Shown in pieces: positions 29,521-43,869 of a stretch of 64,000 nucleotides of DNA (its first letter is position 1; every line of letters begins with the position of its first letter). Below the pieces are notes generated by a model. The model did not search any database. It saw only the letters and a list, made by a program, of their open reading frames with translations, and was not told the DNA's origin. The DNA is from the human T2T-CHM13v2.0 reference genome, Homo sapiens, in assembly GCF_009914755.1 (NCBI RefSeq), contig NC_060944.1; one strand, 5' to 3'. Position numbers and translations under genes: made by a program.

Positions 29521-29725
29521 TATCATGATAATTAACCAGATTCAAAGATCTGAGCGAAGGGCATTGCAGGCCTAATTGTCTTTAACTCATACAACCATTC
29601 TTCTGGGTAAGGATGACACCATTCCCATTTTATGGAGAAGCCACTGGAAGGTTGATAGTAGGTGTCATGTTCATCTCTCTGACTGGGGAGCTGAGCTCCT
29701 AACCACTTCACCTTACTGCCTCTAG

Positions 29726-29920
<195 letters not shown>

Positions 29921-30097
29921 TAGGTTATTTTTTCTAAGAGTACCTCCTGAGGATTGAATGAATGGAGCAGCCCACTTCCTCTGGGATCACTGTTTCTCTC
30001 ACTCCAGGGTTTGATACACACAGGGCAGCCTGGGGTTTGAGTGCCTGCATTGCTATTGGGTGTCATCTTTTAGGACACATTTGAAAGCCACCCCCTG

Positions 30098-30240
30098 ACA
30101 CATGGGTAACTATGTGAGGTGATTAGTGTGTGAATTAGGTTGATTGTGGTAATCATTCTCAACATATACATATGTTAAAACAGCACACCTTCAATATTCC
30201 TATTTGTCAATCACACCACAGTATAGCTGGAAAAGAAAGC
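30098..30240 (+). mobile_element. L1MA/MB 3' terminus
   Basis: ggtaactatgtgaggtga...ttgattgtggtaatcatt...tttgtcaatcacaccacagtatagctggaaaa. Confidence 0.7.
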
Positions 30241-30684
30241 AAAGAAGGAATAGGGTGATCTCTTTGTGTTGCAAGTGATGGTGGGGGGAATGGTGGGTGG
30301 GTGGCGGGGGGGACTCTGACTGATCTTCCCGATCCCCTCAGTTTCGTTACTCTGTTGACAGTGGGAATTCTGAGGGGCTTCTCAAGGGAAAAACATAAAA
30401 CCTGACCTTTGTGTAATTCTAAAGCAAGACCTTAATGAAAACTTGCTTTTAATAATGAAGAATGACAGTATCAAAAGTCAGGAAGCTTCTCCATAGACGT
30501 TGCAACTAAAATATATATCAGTGAAGATGCTTGTTGCTAATAGGCGGGAACACAAAACAAAATCTAATGTACAGAATGAATTTCCTCTTTGGACTCCTGG
30601 CGAGTGAAAGGTAAGTAGATGCTAGAGGCATTGAGCTCTGTCGATTGCTTAGGCCGCATATTTCAGGACTGACATGTATTAGCT

Positions 30685-30903
30685 CAGTGCTTCTCCACAA
30701 GGACAATTCTACCCCCAATCCCAGCAAAAGATGTGTGTCAATGTTTGGAGACCTTTTTGGTGTCACACTGAGAAATACTACTGTCATCTAGTAGATAGGG
30801 GTCGGGGAGGCTGATAAACATTCTACAATGCATAGGACAGCCTCCCACAACAATAGCGAAAATCTGATCCATAATATTATAGTGCCAAGGTTGAAAAGCC
30901 CTG
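30685..30903. mobile_element. MER20
   Basis: caatgtttggagacctttttggtgtcaca...catctagtagata...agtgccaaggttgaaaagccctg. Confidence 0.85.
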
Positions 30904-30971
30904 AGTTAGAAAGATGTTAGGCAGTTGTCATCAAATATTAACAGCTAAAGAAAAGTTTTTTGTGTTTGGAC

Positions 30972-31348
30972 ATGTGTCTTAGCTAGGGTTGCCATAACAA
31001 GACACTACCCATTGGGTGGCTTAAACAATAGGCATTTATTTTTATCATCGCTCTGGAAACTGGAAATGTGAGACCAGGTACCAGCATGGTTGGGAGAGGG
31101 ATAACTTCCTGGCTGGCAGATGACTGTCTTCTTGCTATGTGGCAGGGAGAGAGAGAGCAAGCGAGCAAAAGGGAACATGATGTCTTTTCTTACCAAGGCA
31201 CTAATGTCATGAGGGCCTCACCCTAACAATTTCATCTAACCCTAATTAACTCCTAACAGCCACATCTTTAAATACCACCATATTGAGGGTTGGGACTTCA
31301 ACATATAAATTGTGGGGGAGGTGCTAACACAATCATTCATTCCATACA
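30972..31348 (-). mobile_element. MLT1A-like MaLR LTR
   Basis: agggttgccataacaa...ggtggcttaaacaa...cttcaacatataaattgtggggg. Confidence 0.8.
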
Positions 31349-31364
31349 AATGTAACTAATAAGG

Positions 31365-31575
31365 TTAAACATGTATGTAGCATTTACTCTTCTAAGCGCT
31401 TTACATGTATATGAACTGATCTAATCCTTGAACAAGTCTAAAAGGAGACAATGACTTTATCCTCATTTTACAGATGAGGAGATTAAGTAACTTGTCCAAG
31501 GTCACTTTGGTTGGGGATGCAGAGCCTGGTTTCCAACCCAGGCAGTCTGGCTCTAGGGCCTGTGTTCTTAAACTT
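31365..31575 (-). mobile_element. MIR
   Basis: tcctcattttacagatgagga...ttaagtaacttgtccaaggtcac. Confidence 0.8.
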
Positions 31576-32075
31576 GATGTGAAGAGTAATTGACATACTC
31601 CATCCGTTGAAACTTCCTCCAGTTAAAACAAATAAGAAATTATATGTAATGACTGCATTGGCGTAAAGAAAAATACAGGTTGGATTCATTATGACGTATT
31701 CATTATCATTATTATATTTCTTTTTCCTTCTGATTTTAAAATAAATTGAAATAAAAACATTTTTGTGGTCCTGGGTCCTGACACTATTCCTAATGGAGAA
31801 GTCAGCCTTGGTGGCAGTGGGTGCTGTCAGGAACATGATGGATTGAAGAAAGTCAGGTGTGAAAATGATGGGAGTTTCAGCAGCCTGGGAAGCTGCGCCC
31901 CTGCTCTGGGGACAGCAGTTGTTCAGCTCCAGCCCACTGCTAAGAAGTGGAGGGAGGTCAGAGAATGAGGGCTTAGTATTGACAAACTGGCAAATGTTCC
32001 AATTTTAGAGAAGAAGCCAAGAATCCAAATACAAGTGTTCTTTTGAGTCAATTCAGTTTCTACAAACACTATTAT

Positions 32076-32226
32076 GAAAGAAAGAAAGAAGAAAGAAAGA
32101 AAGAGAGAGAGGAGAGGAGAGGGAGAGAGAGGGAGGGAGGGAAGGAAGGAAAGAGGAAGGAAGGAAGGAAAGAAGGAAGGAAGGAAAAAAAGTAACAAAA
32201 AGGGAGGAAGGCAGGGAGAAGAAGGA
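32076..32226. repeat. Polypurine (GAAA/GAGA/GGAA) low-complexity tract
   Basis: Direct observation. Confidence 0.9.
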
Positions 32227-33558
32227 CAAAGCATCACATTTGGTAAAGGAAATGGGCTTTGGGGTCAGATATGCCTTGGCTGGTCTACTTGCTAGGCATG
32301 TACCTTGGGCAACAGATTTCGTTTCTCTAAATCTCATTTTATCATCTGTAAAATGGGAATAATACTAGAATGCACGTTTACCACCAGGATGTGGGTACTG
32401 AATGCGAATTAGATTTGCATCTCATTGTTAAAGTGCGGTGGCATTTCAAACCCAAACGGGAACTTGCAGATCAGATTCCAGTGCTTTCTGGAGCTAGAAA
32501 AATGGTATATATGGGCAAACGAGCCAGGTGGGGCCTGTGGCAGACTGGAGAGCTCAGACCCATCTCAAGGGGAAGCTGCTTGGCCAATTCTTGCCATCTG
32601 GGGATGTGGCCCATGTCAGACACATCTCCCATTTTAAACAGTAGTTAGGAATCTGGATTGTTTGTGAAATGTCTCATTTATGTTTTTAATCTTAGTAATA
32701 GATTCCAATTTTTGAAACTACAAACTGGGGCTGAATGATACATGCCTGTAAACTGGACAAGGCCCAGGTGGTCACCAGTTCATGGCCTGCTCTGAACAGA
32801 AGGCGAGTGTCTAGACAGTGTCTTCCTGTCTTATAGGTGCCCTGGTGGCATCTGTAGACATATCTGTAGTCCAACAGGGCTAAGTTCTTACAGATCAGGT
32901 TAGAATATTAATTTAGTGATATAGCTCATATAAGAAAATAAGAATTTTTTAATCAGTTGGGTCCTGGACATCGTGACTGGCAATGTCAGTCTGGAAACCG
33001 AAGATGTCACCAGGAAGAAAGGACAAAGATGTGTGAGGGATGGAGCAGGGAATAGACTGATTTTTTTTTTTTATGGAAAAGAATAAAAGAGGATGAAATA
33101 GAAGAACAAAAGATTCAGACATGCAAATCATAGTATTCTAGAGAAATTTCTAGGCCCAGAAATCATGAGGAAAATAATGTTAGTTTCTTTTTCCACCCTT
33201 TCCAATGAGATTTTTCATGAGGGTAGGAAAGTACTTCTCTTATAGAATTTTACAGCTGAATAGAACTAAAGAGACCTTTAGTTTTCAAGTTAAAACATTT
33301 TTTTTTAAAGTAAATAAAATAAGAACTGCAGTGAAGAAATGACTGGTCCATAGCCATGGCACATATGAAAATTCCAAATGTGTATGAGGTAAAGCTAGGG
33401 CTTTGCATGAGTGAGATAGACCAGGTGGGAGGTTCTACGGAATGGTGGAAACAGGCAAACAAGCCAAGGGTCTGGCCCGTCCAAGGGGGCTTTGTTACTC
33501 AGCTGTAGCCAGCTGTGCTAAGCAGAAAGTGGGCCCACCATAGACAGATCTAACTTTT

Positions 33559-33853
33559 TTTTTTTTTTTTTGGGATGGAGTCTCACTCTGATGCCCATGC
33601 TGGAGTACACTGGTGTGATCTTGGCTCACTGCACTCTCCATCTACCAGGTTCAAACAATTCTTCTGCCTCAGCCTCCCAAGTAGCTGAGAATACAGGTGC
33701 GCACCACCACGCCCAGCTAATTTTTGTATTTTTAGTAGAGACGGGGTTTCACCATGTTGGCCAGGCTGGTCTCAAACTCCGGACCTTAGGTGATCCACCC
33801 ACCTGGGCCTCCCTAAGTGCTGGGATTACAGGCATGAGCCACTGCGCCCGACT
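33559..33853 (-). mobile_element. AluS
   Basis: TSD acag(a/g)tctaactttt (33544, 33858). Confidence 0.93.
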
Positions 33854-36724
33854 GGCAACAGGTCTAACTTTTGAAGGCAAGAGAAAAATATCAACTTTGA
33901 GAATGCACTCCCTCAATTTTTAAAAGTTGTCAACAAATTCAAAAGTTTAAAACACATCATGCAAGCCAAAAAAGCCCATGTGAGGTCCACATTTGGCTGG
34001 GAACCTGCCAGTCTGTGACTTGCATTAAAGAATCTTCCAGCATCCCACACATTTTCTGACAAGGTAGTTCTCACCTCACTTCCTGTCAATGTTTACCTAA
34101 GTAAGGAATGCTTAGTGTGATCATTTTCTTAACTCTTTATCCTGAAGAAGGACCTTCAGTAAAGACAATATTTTAATATTTTACTTCGGTTTCCTATATT
34201 TTACTTTGGTTGCCTCCATTATTCACCAATTTGTGCTTGTTCAGCCAGAAATTCAGGAACCACAGGAAAGCTGTTGACTAAAGAAAACCTTAAACTTTCA
34301 TCCCAGTTCTGTTCACTGTTTTTTATTAAAGAGTTTTCTTTTTATAGTAAACTAAAGAGAGGATGTTCAGAGTCCAGGTTCATGAGCTGCAGGGCTTTTT
34401 TTTTTTTTTTTTTTTTTTTTGCTCAGCAGAACCCCAAAAATAGAATTGCAAAAATACAATTTGGTAAATCTTTAATGCCCAAATACTACTCCTTCCCCTA
34501 ACTAAGTCAGCCACTGGAACCATTTCTGCCTCTGCACATGACACTGACCAGGAGGCTAAGCCCATTATTTATGCACGGCTGATTTTATTTCTCAATTCAT
34601 TTTGAGCATCTTTAATGCAAAACAACAAGAAAAACAGCAGCAAAACACCCAGCCTGATTATAAGCCTTTTCTCCTGACTTTTAATGCAAACTTGAAGAAT
34701 GAGCCAGAGATGACTCATAAACTCATGAACTTCAGTTTCTGGTGAAGACCATCATTTAAGACAAAGTCAGTTCCCCAGACTGTGGGTTTCCCTATTTAGT
34801 GAACAAACATGTTTACTTTAAAATGCTAATCAAAAAAGTCCTTGAACAGACATTGTCTTCCCCAAAATTACTAAAATAGTTACCATGTTTCAAATTATTT
34901 AGAATAGGAAACTAAATTATAATAAAATAATTGAGGATAGAAATCTAACTGATTTTTCACCTATTAAAATTTGGGTCACAAATTATACACACACATATAC
35001 ACACACACGCACCTACACACACATGCATACACATCTCCAAAACACAAGATAGTAAGCACGGGAAAATTTGCCAAATGTCCTAGTGGATTGATCAACAAAC
35101 AGCCCAGGTAATTCTGCATTTCTTCTTGGTCGAAGTCACTTTTTCTTCCCAACTTCTCACTCAGACTAGGTACAACTAAAATGTAGATAAGTAAGTCACT
35201 TTATCTGTGTTTTATTTAAGCAGTACGGTGGTTAGGTGCACGAATGCTACAGCCAGCATGCCTGGTTCGGATTCCTGGTTATGCCACTGTTATTGGTAGC
35301 TTAATGTGGAGTTGGTAAGACGGGGATGTGGAAATAGCAGTGTCAATTCGTAACTTGCTTAGGAGGATTAAATGAATGTATAGAACATTGCCTGGCCCTG
35401 TGTACAAATTCAAGACTTTGAGCTCAGTTAGTCTGGAGAGCTAGCAGATTCTTAACCTTTGAATCCCCAGCTAAAAACCCTGTCCTGACGAACGTTCATG
35501 CACATTTTGACGGCCTTTCAGAGATGCTCAGGCCTTCTCTGCCTCCCTTACTCCCCAGGCTAAGGTCCTCTACTCTAGAAAACACCTAAAGGAACCTGGG
35601 GATGTGAGTTACATATGAAAACCACTTTAGTCCTCCTAAGGACACCATACATATTTTCTGAGCCATGGCAAAATCAATAGGTAAACAGGTATTGTTAGAG
35701 GGAACTAGGCCTGGTTCCTTTTTCAATGGGGTTTGAAAGTTGTATTTTGTTTATTAGGAAGGAAAGAAGTGGACCTTTCCAGTGGGTGATTCATCATCTG
35801 GTTCCTTCAGGGGAAGAGAGGGAGTGACTAGAGAGGATTGATGTCCAGCCTGGGGCCTGCTTTGCTCAACAGGGACCTCATGAAGGCAGGCTTCTTCCTC
35901 CTGACATTTCCAGCACTCCTCACGGGCACTCTGGAGAGGGATCTCTGAATCATCGCTGTGTCTAGACACATCAAAGGGCAAGCTGCCTGTTTCTCAGGCT
36001 CACCAAACCCAGTCAGGAGCACTAACGTGGCAGGTCTCCCTCTGAATCACTCAGACCAGAGGGAGGGCGCTGAGAGGTGAGCAGGTTCACCCGGCTGTAT
36101 TCGCTCTTGGGCGAGGGCAACATTCCTCCCTGGGGAATGCAAAGTCATGTTGCCTCTTGCCAAAGCCAGTCAGGTAAGGAGACACTGTTGATTTTGTCTC
36201 TGCTTCCTGGTGCCAGAGCAGACCAAGCAGGGCTTTGAAGATGTTGATTAGACGTAAGCCTTGACGAGGAATGTGACTGTCATTCAACAGTGTAGGCACT
36301 CAGTAAATACCCGGGGCATGAATTCAAGGGAACGCTACCTTGCAAAATGGGCCACTCACTTCAGACAAGTAATTGAAAGAAACATTTAAAAATTCCAAGA
36401 GCAGGAAAGATAAAATAATTGCTTTGGGTTGCTCTTCGGAAGCCTAATGCAACATACAGTTAAGTTTTAGACTTCCTGACTATTCTTCACAAATTTCTTT
36501 TCTTCAAACTCATGTTGTTCTTATATCTGAATGTTCTACTGCATACTCTAATAGATTTGATTTCAACCACATCCCACACAAAATCATATTTACACACACA
36601 CACACACATACATATACACATATGTATATGTATGCAGTTGATTATGGACATAGTTTTCTGCTTTGCAGATACTTTATTAAACATCTATTATATGTGATAT
36701 TGATATTTCCTTTTCACATGTTAG

Positions 36725-37097
<373 letters not shown>

Positions 37098-37522
37098 CTA
37101 AGATTGTAGAAATGAATAACCTTTAATGGAGTGTATGCTTTTTATGGCCTCATCAATAAATGAATTTATTCCTGACGTTCTTCTAAGGCTAATCACTCCA
37201 AAGGATTTCAGAGTTTATCTACTTGAGGTTATTTACTTGATACATTGAGGTGGTTCCATCCTGTAACTGGTTAAGTGGATAGTGTACTGTTTGGGGCTGT
37301 TGAAGGGAGGAATGTAGCTTTCATTTTCTAAGCACCGCAAGAGAAATGGAGAGGAGGTCCTGTGTGTGCCCTGAGATCCCGAAAGGGGAATTATGAACTG
37401 CGAGGAGCATGTGCTTCAAATCGTTTGCAAATTTGGGCCAATGAGATGCTCTTTAAAATGTCATCCTCAAAAGAGGGCATCCCATTCATGGGTCTCTGTA
37501 TGAGCAGCCCTAAAAAGCAAAG

Positions 37523-37813
37523 AGCCAGCATGGTAGCTCCTGCCTGTAATCCCAGCACTTGACGAGGCTGAGGTGGGAGGATCGCTTGAGCCCAGGAGTT
37601 CAAGGCCAGCATGGGCAACATAGTGAGACCCCATCTCTACACAAAACTTAAAAATTAGCAGGGCATGGTGGAGTGCACCTGTAGTCCCAGCTACCTTAGG
37701 AGGCTGAGGCAGGAGGCTCCCTTGAGCCCAGGAGGTCGAGGCTGCAGTGAGCTGTGATTGTGCCGCTGCACTCCAGCCTGGGCAACACAGCAAGACCTTG
37801 TCTCAAAGAAAAA
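37523..37813 (+). mobile_element. AluJ
   Basis: gggaggatcgcttgagcccaggagttcaaggcc; gaggtcgaggctgcagtgagctgtgatt. Confidence 0.92.
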
Positions 37814-38396
37814 GAGCAGACTTTCATTTCTAATTGGAACAAAAGCCCCTCTAAAGGCGCTGACAGCTCCTTGTAGGACTCCTGGTTGGGTGATGTTGGA
37901 AGACCAGCATTCTCCTGAGGCAGGAACTGTGTCTGCTTTTCTGTCCATATTACACTCCCCACAATAAGCACAGTGCACGGCACATAGTAGGTGCTCAATA
38001 AATCCTTTTATTTACCACTTGTCTGGAGTAAAGCATTATAATGTAGTCATTACACGTGTGGCTTCGGAGCCTGACTGCTGGGGTCTGAGCCCCAGCTCTG
38101 CCACTTACCTACTGTGTATCTTTGGGTAGGTTACTTCTGCCTCTGTCTTGGTTTCCTCATCTGTAAAAGGGGGATAATGAAAGTACCTACTTCAGTGGAT
38201 GATTACACTTCCTTTACATGCATTTACGAGTTTTCTGAACATATAATCCTGTTGAGATCCATGTGGACTTGATGATTCTAATTATTTGTCATGCATTACA
38301 CTCTTCATGCTTTTGGAGTTAGAATGTATATATATATTTATAATAATTTTATTTTCTTCTTAATAAATAGTGCGGACATTTGGATCAAGGAAAAGG

Positions 38397-38421
38397 AGTG
38401 TGTGTGTGTGTGTGTGTGTGT
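38397..38421. repeat. (GT)n microsatellite
   Basis: Direct observation. Confidence 0.9.
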
Positions 38422-38519
38422 ATAATTTTTAAAAATTGCTGGTAAGATGTGTCAAGCTAAGATTTAACAATCTGTGATCTGCACATCTTTAGTTTGAGGA
38501 AACAAGTCACGTTTTATTT

Positions 38520-38850
<331 letters not shown>

Positions 38851-39092
38851 CACATTTTATTTTTTAAAATGTGAAACCGTATCTTGGTCATGTCTTTAGC
38901 AGCATGGAATTTTGGAAAGATGATGACATTTGAGGAAAGGAGGTGAAGGAAGAGACTTGAGTTTAAACTGGCACCTTCTAATTTCTCTGCCCCCAAAAAG
39001 GTATTGATATATGTGTTTTAATTGTTGCCAATATGTGTCTGAAGGTTGAAGAACACTCAGAGAAAAAAATGAAAAAAACACATGTGTTTAAA

Positions 39093-39141
39093 GTGGTCCA
39101 TAACTAAAAAAAAAAAAAAAAAAAAAAGGTGGTCCATAACT
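39093..39141 (+). mobile_element. Solo poly(A) insertion with TSD
   Basis: gtggtccataact-A22-g-gtggtccataact; left flank ttt|aaag resembles an L1 EN site. Confidence 0.75.
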
Positions 39142-41454
39142 GAAAGCAGCCTGGAAAAGGTCATGGAGGTCATGGAGGTAGTGCTCTGGGGTGCATTTCA
39201 CTAAGGGCTACATCATCCCTTGAGGTTTGCAAAGCTGGTAGCTAAGGAGGATGAGGTAATGCAGGGATGTTCATCTGGCACATTTCATCTCAAGAGCTGA
39301 TCATCTTTAGGTCGGGAATGAATTCCTCACCCCATATAGAATATTACAGAGTTGGCTCAGGTGGACAGAGAGGAGAGGGCAAAGAAATTTTGATGTTCTC
39401 AAGGCCAGGAATGTTGCCCTTATATGGGTTTCCTTGGAGGAGTCGGCTGTGTGTGCAGCTTGTTCCTTACTTGAGGTGTATCAAGACGTTCACCACAATA
39501 TTCAGTAATTAATTATCCCAATCCACATTTAGGAAACAGCAGAGGACACTGTGACATTATCTAACAATCTCTCAGGTCACTGCAGATGATACTAGCTTTG
39601 GGACATAGGCCTCAAAGATTCCTGTGTGTAGCAGTAGCTCATTAGCCCTTTTCAAGAGAAATATTATTACTGTCAAATCAGAAGCTTTTGAAGCCTTTTG
39701 GTGCTATTCTGTCTAACACATAAAAGTCTTCTACCCAGGGAGGCATAGTATTTGGTTTGTACAGAACTGTTTCTCAAAGTAGTTACTTCATTTGCCTTCA
39801 AATTTCTCCTCTATTTTCACCACCACTTAACTGTTGGCCAATTGGATTTTTTTTAAGTTTCTTTTTTTTTTTTTAGTTTCTTTTTTTTTTTTTTTAAATT
39901 GTCTTCCTTAAAATTACCAGCATGGAAAAATAAACTATTCCCAAATGCGTGATGCTGTGAATCTGAGAGTTCAAATGCAGCATTAGTGGAGGTTGTGGTT
40001 GATGGGCAAGTAGCTCATATGTCTTGGGATAAAATGCTCCTAAGAAGGAATTTTGGCCCCATTCACAGGAGGACACTTTTTTCCTCATTTTGGCTTTTTT
40101 TTTTTTTTTCCCCCGGCCTGGACACAAAGTCCCTAGTAATTTTATCACAACTCATTTTGGGAATGGTGATTCCTGGGCCATAATTGATTTCAGGAGTTGG
40201 TGACTGGGCTGCAAATCAAACACGTGGGAGAAAATATCTTACCAGTATTGTCGAAGCCCTTTGGTTTATGTGCTTTGGTAATAAAATCCTCAGCAGGGGA
40301 GTTCAACACCATCTTTTGGTTTCTGTTTCTAGGTTTCTTCTTTCTTGCTTGAGGAATGGGTTAGTATGTGGGTTTGTGCAGGAGATTCAGAGAGAGGGCC
40401 TAAGATTCCGCTTAGGCTTCATGGGGTTCACATCTTTCGATTTGGGGCCTATTTGATGGCTTTGCTTTATTTTAAAGTGTTTTTTGTTTCATAAAACTTA
40501 TTTCTTTCTTCTTAGAGGTCATTTGTAGAGATTGCATTAAGGCTTACAGTTTTGTTGTCTGGTAGAATGCTTTGTCTTCTTTTTAAAAAAGGAACTGGCC
40601 TGCTAGCTTGGCATTAGTGTGTAATGATGACATCATTTATTTGTCTCTATAGGAAATAGGCATTCATTCCTTTTTTTTTTTTTTTCCCAGAGGGGAATGA
40701 GTTCATGTTGAGAGTATATGATAGGATGTATTCTCCCTGGTTATCATAAGCGGACGCATTTTTTCATTTACTTGGAAGATCTTTCTGAAACATAACCTGT
40801 GCAAAGGACTAGGGTTATGGGAGAAATTATAACAGACAAGGCTGCTGTTCTACAGAAGCCCTTCGTCTAGTGGTAGTGGGGGCACAGATGAGCACACAGG
40901 AAAATGCAGAAAGATAAATGCTAAAGAAGGAGGCCTTACCCAACCTTGGGTCTCAGGGAGACCTCAGGGAGGGAGTGACAGCTAAGGGGAGATCGGAGGG
41001 GTGAGTAGGAGCGGGACAGGTAAAGACGGGGTGGGAGAGTTAGGAATTTCTGATAGGAGAGAACACCCCACAGAGAAGGAATTGCAAGTTCCAAGTCCAG
41101 GAAAGAGAACTTTAATTACATTTTTCAAAGTACTTATACATATGTTATGTTTATTTATTTTGTAACCTTGAGTTATACAACTCAGAGTCTCAGTTTTCTT
41201 ATCTGAAAGATGGGATAACTATCCCCATCTCCAGGGGAGACCGTCAGGAAAATCCGAGATAACTGACAGAGTGTTCCTCGTTAGCTCACAGCTGTTTACG
41301 AGTGTCTGGCACACAGTCTATGCTTCATAAAAGAAACTGCCTTTACTGTTGTTCTTACATTCTTCTTCTCTATCTTAATGTTTCCCTTTGCCTAATTTGT
41401 CCTACCTATTTTTAAATTATTTAATTTTGCTTGAAGTATTTCTCTCTCTATCTT

Positions 41455-42080
41455 TTTTTTATTGTAGTAAGAACATTTAACCTCAGATCTATTATTTTAA
41501 CATTTTTTTAAACTTTTATTTTAGGTTCGGGGTACATACGCAGGTTTGCTATATAGGTAAATTCACCTTATGGGGGGTTAATTTCACAGATTATTTAGTC
41601 ACCCAGGTATTAAGCTTAGTACCCATTAGTGATTTTTCCTGATCCTCTCTCTCCTCCCACTCTTCACCCTCAGGTAGGCCCCAGTGTCGGTTGTTCCCTT
41701 CTTTGTATCCATGAGTTCTCATCATTTAGTTCCCATTTATAAGTGGGAAACATGCGGTATTTGGTATTCTGTTCCTGTGTTAGTTTGCTAAGGATAATAG
41801 CCTCCAGCTCCACCCATGTTCCTGCAAAAGACATGATCTTGCTCTTTTTCATGGCTGCATAGTATTCCATGGTGTATACGTACCACATTTTCTTTACCCA
41901 GTCTAGATTTTAACAGATTTTTAAGTGTACAATACATTATTATCTATGGATACTATGTTGAACAGTGGCAGCTCTCTGGAACTCATCTTGCATAACTGAA
42001 ACTTTATTCCTGCTCAATAGTAGCTCCCTGTTTTCCTCTCCCTGTAGTCTCTGGCAACCCCCCTTTTACTATCTGATCCT
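41455..42080 (-). mobile_element. L1MA9-like 3' end interrupted by a younger L1
   Basis: gtaagaacatttaacctcagatcta...|ttttaagtgtacaataca...catcttgcataactgaaacttta. Confidence 0.75.
41503..41906 (-). mobile_element. L1PA13-16-like 3' end
   Basis: aacttttattttaggttcggggtacat...ggctgcatagtattccatggtgtata; TSD attttaaca (41494, 41907). Confidence 0.85.
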
Positions 42081-42399
42081 TAGAAGTCCTCCTCACACAT
42101 CGTATAGGGGCAGGATATAGTTTCCTACCCCTTCTTAAGACAATCACAGGCAAGAGCACTGTCACTTACATGACCGGTTAAGAGTAAGTAGTGTATACCC
42201 TGTACACATTGTGACAGCAGAAGGCGGGGAGATTGAAAGAATTCAGTAACACAGGGGTTCTGCCAGCATAGAACAGTGTCCACTATGATCTTTTTTAACC
42301 CAAATGCAGCATTATGCACAGTTTCTCTTTATTTTAAAGTGAAAACTGTGATGTGACTAGTCACACCTGACTTCAGCGCACCGTCTAATGAGAGCCTCT

Positions 42400-42850
42400 G
42401 TGTCAGAATGAATTGAGCTATAATAACTACTAAATTGGCTCATAAGGACTTACACCAAAAGGAGATCTATCATCCTACAGAGTTAGAAATGCAGAGGGAG
42501 GATGGCCCTGAGGATGGTTAATTTAGCAGAAACCAACATCACTAAAGATTCAGGAAAGTTCCAGCCTCTTTTTCCATTTTGATATCATTGAAGCCGGGAG
42601 TTCACTTTGTGTCTTCGTTTTAAAAACCAGGAGAACCCCAGAGCCCTAAGAACACCTTCCCTCACAATTCACTGACCAGACTCAAATCATATGCCTCCTA
42701 CTGAATGAAGAGGAATAAAATTATCAGGGATGGCCAAGGCTTTAAGCAAGACACGAACTCTAAGGATGCCGATGGTCTGTACCTACTATGAGAACCTGAT
42801 ATCTGAAGTTAGGATTCCACTGGTAAGAAGAAAAAGGGATTGGGCAATGG
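42400..42850 (-). mobile_element. Old MLT1 (K/L-like) LTR
   Basis: ggatggttaatttagcag..caacatcactaaagattcagg; same style as 1775-2260. Confidence 0.45.
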
Positions 42851-43226
42851 CTAGTGGGATACACTTATCATATCTACCTGATACACATTTTCTTTATATT
42901 TATTTGTGCAAAAAGAAAAACAAATTCTCTCCCCTTTCTGCTTAGACCAGGGAGGTCCAAGGTATTTGGAAAGAGGAGAGGTTATGCCAAGTAAAAACAA
43001 GCCCACAAACCTCCCTAGGAGAGACACACGCATACCTTCCACATCCGGATCAGGGTGCTGATGATGATGGTGATGGTGAGTGGAAAATCTCAAGTTCCCC
43101 ACATCTGCCAAAGTTGGAGCAGCGGCTACTAGGAGGGCACCAGATGGTAAGTCCTTGCTTCCTGTACTGCTCAGAGTCCCAGCAGAAAACAGAATTCCAT
43201 TCAGATGTTTGACCAGAGATTTTTTT

Positions 43227-43848
43227 CTTTCCTTTTAAAATTATACTTTCAGTTCTGGGATGCATGTGCAGAACATGCAGGTTTGTTACATAGGTATACA
43301 CGTGCCATGGTGGTTTGCTGCACTCATCAACCCGTCATCTACATTAGGTATTTCTCCTAATGCTATCCCTCCCCTAACCCCCCAACCCCTGACAGGCCCC
43401 GGTGTGTGATGTTCCCCTCCCTGTGTCCACGTGTTCTCACTGTTCAACCCCCACTTATGAGTGAGAATATGAGGTGTTTGGTTTTCTGTTCCTGTTTTCA
43501 TTTGCTGAGAATGATGGTTTCTAGTTTCATCCATGTCCCTGCAAAGGACATGAACTCATCCTTTTTTATGGCTGCATAGTATTCCGTGAAGTATATGTGA
43601 CACATTTCCTTTGTCCAGTCTATCATTGATGGGCATTTGGGTTGTTTCCAAGTCTTTCCTATTGTGAATAGTGCTGCAATGAACATACATGTGCATATGT
43701 CTTTATACTAGAAGGATTTATAATCCTTTGGGTACATACCCAGTAATGGGATTGCTGGGGTATGTACCCAATCATACCCCATGGGTATGGTACCCAATAC
43801 CATTTTGCTGGGTCAAATGGTATTTCTGGTTCTAGATCCTTGAGGAGA
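43227..43848 (-). mobile_element. L1PA7/8-like 3' end
   Basis: ttatactttcagttctgggatgcatgtgcagaac...tctagatccttgagga; TSD accagagattttttt (43212, 43849). Confidence 0.92.
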
Positions 43849-43869
43849 ACCAGAGATTTTTTTTAGTTA

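Noticed and set aside
43286-43686. ORFs resembling the L1 ORF2 C-terminus
   Set aside because: Part of a 5'-truncated, disrupted L1PA; cannot encode functional ORF2p.
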